NCBI RefSeq assembly: GCF_009914755.1
Contig: NC_060943.1
DNA from: the human T2T-CHM13v2.0 reference genome, Homo sapiens
Strand: one strand, 5' to 3'
Length of the DNA stretch: 64,000 nucleotides
The stretch's first letter is position 1. Each line of letters begins with the position of its first letter. This document shows positions 51,389-64,000 of this stretch, piece by piece. Under the pieces are notes generated by a model. It did not search any database, was not told where the DNA came from, and saw only the letters and a program-made list of their open reading frames with translations. The position numbers were made by a program, and so were the translations under genes.

Positions 51389-52209
51389 TTGTGCAGAAGA
51401 GAGCTACCATTAGCAGTCCTGAGACTGCATGTCCTTACAAATTCTTATTCTCAAAGTTGGACCTTTTATGGTGTCTAGGAACTGGATTTAGGGAGTGCCC
51501 CACCAATGTAACTAATAACAGAGCTCGATTGTATCTAAACTGTTTGTGCAAAAAGTACATTATTTTCTTAACTCCTATGTTCTGAGAGTTTAGAATCTTA
51601 CAAACTCAGCAGAGGGAGTGTATGTGATCAGCCACTGCTGAGTTTGAATGGTTGTCCCCTCCAAAACACATGTTGAAAGTTAATCCGCAAAGTGGGAGTA
51701 ATAAAAGGTGGGGATTGAAAAGGTGATTGAGTCTTGAAGGTTCAGAGCTCATGAATAGATTAATGTATACATGGATCAATGGCTTAATGAATAAATAAGT
51801 TATCTCAGGAAGGGGACTGGTGTCCTTATAAGATGGAAGAGACCCGAGTTAGGCACTCCGGCCCTTGCCATGTAATGCTTTATGCCATCTAAGAACTCTG
51901 CAGAGTCCCCACCAGCAAGAAGGTTCTCACCAGATGCCCAGCCTTAACCTTGGACTTCCCAGCCTCCAGAACAGTAAAAAACAAATATTGTTCCTTATAA
52001 ATTATCCAGGTTCAGATTATTCTTAAGCAACAAAAAACAGACTAAGCCAGCCACCAAAAAACACTATAGGCACTGGGTCTCTAATGAGAGACCCTGGTAG
52101 ATAAAATTTCACATGTTTTTTTGCAACTGATTAGTTGGAGGATTCGGCACATCCTCTGGGATTATACTAACAGAAAATCTGGAAGCTGGTAACTGGTTTC
52201 CTCTAGACC

Positions 52210-52210
<1 letters not shown>
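51389..52210 (+). mobile_element. MER21-type LTR with nested MST LTR (paralog of 4695-5550)
   Basis: Colinear with the ZNF44 intron copy. Confidence 0.7.
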
Positions 52211-58900
<6,690 letters not shown>

Positions 58901-60483
58901 GTACAAAGTCCAATGGAAGACAGCAAATTCTGGAACAAGAGCATCTATTTAAGGTATGAGAAACTATGGCACAGCAGGTATTGCCAGGCAGCGATACAAA
59001 TGACAGCTACTTCAACCCAAAGAACAGGGACAAATTGTTATCTCCAGAAGAATAACCAATCTTCTGCCTAACACCTCCATATACAATAATCAACTAATTA
59101 CAGACCTGCCTGTTTTCATGAATTTTTATTCACTCTATTACCTCAGCTTCCATTTTGAATGTGGTTCTCTACCTTTCTCATACCAGAAAAAGTATTTTAA
59201 GAGCCTTGAGACAGTATTCATTTTTCTGTAGTCATCATGGAAGAAAGTTTTTTCCAATTTATTTTCCCTGATGGCATTTTCTCTGCTAAGCCCTGAAATT
59301 CTATTGAGATGATCCAATTAAAAACAAAACAACAGCAACAACAAAAAAACAGACCTGGAAAACTTACTACACAGGCTCTGTGTAGTACGACAGAAAAGAA
59401 AAGTAAACAAGAATTTTTTAAAGGCATATAGGACTAGATATATGTAATTTGTTTTCTGAAATCCAACTCTTTCTTGTCCCTTTAGAAACATCTTCTCTAT
59501 CAATCTCTAATGATAGAATGCATTTTACAGCTAAGAAAAAACTGAACAGAAATGAGTGAACAAATCTTTTCAAGGTTGACAACCTCAGGGAGGGGCAGTG
59601 CTGACTGGAACACAGACAAGTCTCATTCAAGGGTCAGGTCAGGTCCTCCTGTCACCTGGGACATCCCCCACCCCCGTGCTGCTCACTGAAGTGCTCAGTG
59701 ACTACTCCCTACCCCCAACCACCAGATACCGCACTGTGTACTTTCAGGCTCTTACACCACCTCACTGGGGTAAGTTATCTTTGACCTTTCGGATAGTTTT
59801 TCTTGCTTCACTAGTCTAACAGAATTCAAAGGATGGGAATCATTTCTATTTTACCCCCTCAATACCAGCACCTGAGTGGCTGACCAGCCATGTCTCCAAG
59901 AAATGAAAACTGGGCTTGGGGTGAGAAAACTGAGTATCCCAGGGCTTAACTTTTTACAAGAGGATACCAGGGGAATCCTCCCACCACAGGGTATCCAGCT
60001 CTTCCCCTGGGAGGCCCCAGCCCTGCATCTCAGGCTGTCCTCTGGGAGGAGTGGCCCAGGGGCTGATATTCACTACCCTCCAAGACAAGGCTGCTGTATC
60101 CACTTGGTGCCAGTCCCAGGCAGTTATCAAAGCCAGTACCAGGAAAAGATAGTGTGGGCTCAGGACTCATCAGCTGGTGGTTTCCAAAGGGGAACCTCAA
60201 CCCAAACACTTCCAGATAAGGTGCCTGTGCCCAGAGAAGATAAAAGGAGAAGAGGCGCAGACATTTTTCTTGTTGGTTTTTACAGCAGAGTGGTTAAACC
60301 ACCTGACAGGTGGTTATTCTCTGCATCCTCACATATGAAATATTCACAAACAAAAATCATATCTTCTAAAAAAGAATCATATATTGCTACCTGGGGAAAA
60401 AAATGACAGTTAAAATACTGTATTTGTTTGAAATACAGCCTGGGGGACAAAGAGTTCATTATGTTGCTGTGAACTGAGGACAG

Positions 60484-61284
<801 letters not shown>

Positions 61285-61479
61285 GAGAGGAAGTCAGCTT
61301 TATGAAATGCAGGGCAAAATCTGGAAATCTAGGGATTTACTGCCAGCCCCAGGAGTTAGGGTGAGGGGACAAGATAAGCATTAGACATCTGCCTTCCCAA
61401 ACCTTTGAAGACTCAGAGGGACACCGGTCCCCTTTAGGAAGAAAACAGAGACTGAGGATCCCACAGATCACAGCTCCTC

Positions 61480-62240
61480 ACAGGCACGAACCCCACACAC
61501 GAGTGGGGATTCCCTCCATGACCCTTCCGTGACCCTCCCCCAATCCTGGGGAGATGGGGGGCTGCGGGCGAGGAGCTGCCCAGACAGGGCTCCGAGGCCG
61601 GGACCGCAGTTGCCGCGCAGGGACCGGATAGGACGCCCGGGGTCCCGGCTGCCAGCTCAGCCTCACTCTGTGGCTGAGGGGACCGAGGGTCGAGCTGCGC
61701 CAGGGGGACTCGGGTCCCAGACCCCGGAGCTGACGGCGGGGGAGGCCCACGTTCGCCGCGGCCGGTTCTGGACGGTTCCAACCAGCTCTTTCCCACTTTT
61801 GGGACGCCTGACCCTGCACACGCACCATTTCCCGGCTTCCGGGATGTTCCAGGGTCCTCCCTCTGCCTCCCGCTGCCAGTGCGGGTCCCACTGTGACAGA
61901 GGCTGCCACAGACGTTCCAGGGCGTCTCTCAGCGACTGAGGCTACACAGACGTTCCAGGGCGTCTCTCAGCGAGCGACTGAGTCTAGAGCTGAGCGCAGG
62001 GGCGTGAAGACGCCGCGGGCTCTTTGAACCTGGCACCCTACTGCCAGCCGTGCGCCTGATTGACAGTTCTCACGACCCCGCCCCATAGCTCTGATTGGAT
62101 AGGGCTCCAGGTCCCGCCCCCTGGGCACTGAGTGACAGAAGAAGCGATCACACAGTGCTGAGTCGAGCGGGATGAACGAGTTCCAGGCACAGCCCTTGAC
62201 AGGGCAGGCTTCCTCCCTGTGCTGTCCTGATCCCTCCCAG
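61480..62240 (-). promoter_or_regulatory. ZNF563: ZNF563 CpG island and promoter
   Basis: CpG-rich. TGATTGACAG at 62057-62066, CCAAT (attgg) at 62094-62098, GC boxes, TGAGTGACAG at 62129-62138. Confidence 0.85.
61826..61828 (-). CDS. ZNF563: ZNF563 exon 1 start codon
   Basis: GAAATG|GTGCGT donor, paralogous to ZNF44 exon 1. Confidence 0.9.
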
Positions 62241-62925
62241 GGAACATTTGCATTTATGCAGAATTACCTGCCCGTACTCAGCAGGCCCTTACTGCCTTTT
62301 CCTCCTGGAGAAGGAGTCACAAGTGTTTTGCAGGGAATCCCAGACTCACAGTCCAGTGGAGCCATTCCCCTGGCCTCAGAGCAGAGGGGAGCCCAAGGCC
62401 ACACAGGCCACACTGCAGCAGGAGGGTGGCCTGATGTCCACCGGGCATCAGGATTTGAGGATGAGACTCTTGGCGGCAAGGTTAAGCCTTCCTCTCTCAC
62501 CTTGCCTCTCAATCTGCTCATTTTCAGCCAAGGAAATAAAAACAAGTCAAGAACGGTATTAAAATATCAAATGTGTGGAAGAACTGAAATCACACGGCAG
62601 CAATAAATGAATGAATGAATCAAAACAAAAATACAACAGGAAAAAAAAAGCAAAAACTTGAACTAGTGCAGATAAGCAGCCTGCTGCCCTCATACTTCAG
62701 CAAACGTCCCATTCAGGAGGCTAAACATATGCCCAAACTTGGCAGCCACTCTTAACTGTTGAAATGGAACCCCAGAGTGAACCAAAACCTGGTGATGAGA
62801 CTGGGACACTGAAGGATTTGACTCTGGGAGCTCAACATACTTCCCTGTGCCCTCTGCAGAGTGTGGAAATGCCCCCACCGTCAAGATGTGCATTTTCACC
62901 AACAGGAAAGTTTCATGTAAAGTTA

Positions 62926-63303
<378 letters not shown>

Positions 63304-63473
63304 CTAACACATAAATGGTAAATTCTGATTCTATGTGCAGCTTCGTGCTACGTGGAGGCGTGCGCAGGCTGCTGAGGAAGCACCAAAGGGGGCTCCATTT
63401 CTCTCCCTTTGCAGCCTTCAGAATGGGCTCGGTGTAGAGTCACTGGTTCAAACTCTGCTGCCCACTCCAGGTG

Positions 63474-64000
63474 GCTGGGGCTCAGAAAACAATACCCCAA
63501 AAAGAAGACCTTGGAAGAAGCCTCAGAAGCAAAAGTTTTTTCTCCACAGAGGGCAGAGGAAAAACTTAGTCCCATTCTTGGGACTCTTAGTCCTACTCTT
63601 CTATCCAAGGCTAGCCTTAGAAACTAGAATCTCTCTTCTCCAAAGTGGGTCGTAGAATCCAGAACCCTTTTCCCCTAAATCCAGGCATAAAATCAAAACA
63701 TACTACTCTAACTTTCCATTGTCCTTTCTGTGTAAAAACTGGCCATAAGCAAATTAACTGTCCAACTTTGTTTGATTGCAGGTCAGGGTGGCCCTGGGGC
63801 TTCCCTGGGCCACATTGGAAGAAGATGAATCGTCTTGGGCCACATATAAAATACACTAACACTAACAATAGCTAATGAGCTTAAAAATATATAGCAAAAA
63901 CAAAAATTCCTAATGTTTTAAGAAAGATCATGAATTTGTGTTGGGCTGCATCCAAAGCCTTCCTGGGCCATGGGTTGGACAAGCTTGCTGTAGGTCATAA
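63474..64000 (+). mobile_element. MER4-group ERV1 LTR (MER31/MER49-like) interrupted by MER30
   Basis: ggggctcagaaaacaataccccaaaa ... gcctcagaagcaaaagtttt start. Confidence 0.55.
63784..63987 (+). mobile_element. MER30 hAT DNA transposon
   Basis: cttccctgggccacattggaagaaga ... ggttggacaagcttg, with imperfect 8-bp TSD ttgcaggt / ctgtaggt. Confidence 0.85.

Noticed and set aside
59876-60406. 176-aa plus-strand ORF in ZNF563 intron 1
   Set aside because: GTG start, antisense to the gene, no domain, and no matching ORF in the paralogous ZNF44 segment.
61434-62606. ORFs around the ZNF563 promoter
   Set aside because: GC-rich artefacts.

Overview
Human (primate) genomic DNA from a KRAB zinc-finger gene cluster. 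From recall of the proteins it is the 19p13.2 ZNF44-ZNF563 interval; I could not run a database check. Two complete minus-strand paralogous genes are present. ZNF44 (ATG exon 23018-23020, cassette exon 21560-21703, KRAB-A 4244-4370, KRAB-B 3261-3321, ZF exon 696-2352) gives 663 aa, or 615 aa without the cassette. ZNF563 (61826-61828, 50934-51060, 49621-49681, 46941-48180) gives 476 aa. They come from an old whole-gene tandem duplication, shown by colinear introns, promoters and old transposons. The rest is very Alu-dense, with L1/L2 fragments, solo LTRs, DNA transposons and a processed RPS2 pseudogene. I do not see a convincingly new biological system. The best leads are: a decayed pogo/Tigger transposase joined to a MER2-type end; a ZNF44-only coding cassette exon whose ZNF563 counterpart lacks both splice sites; frameshift truncation of ZNF563 with a fossil finger array in its 3' region; different Alus at the same paralogous site; a conserved PBX/PREP plus CCAAT promoter module; and an unexplained duplicated intergenic module. 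Repeat family names are from memory of consensus sequences and boundaries are approximate unless a TSD is quoted.
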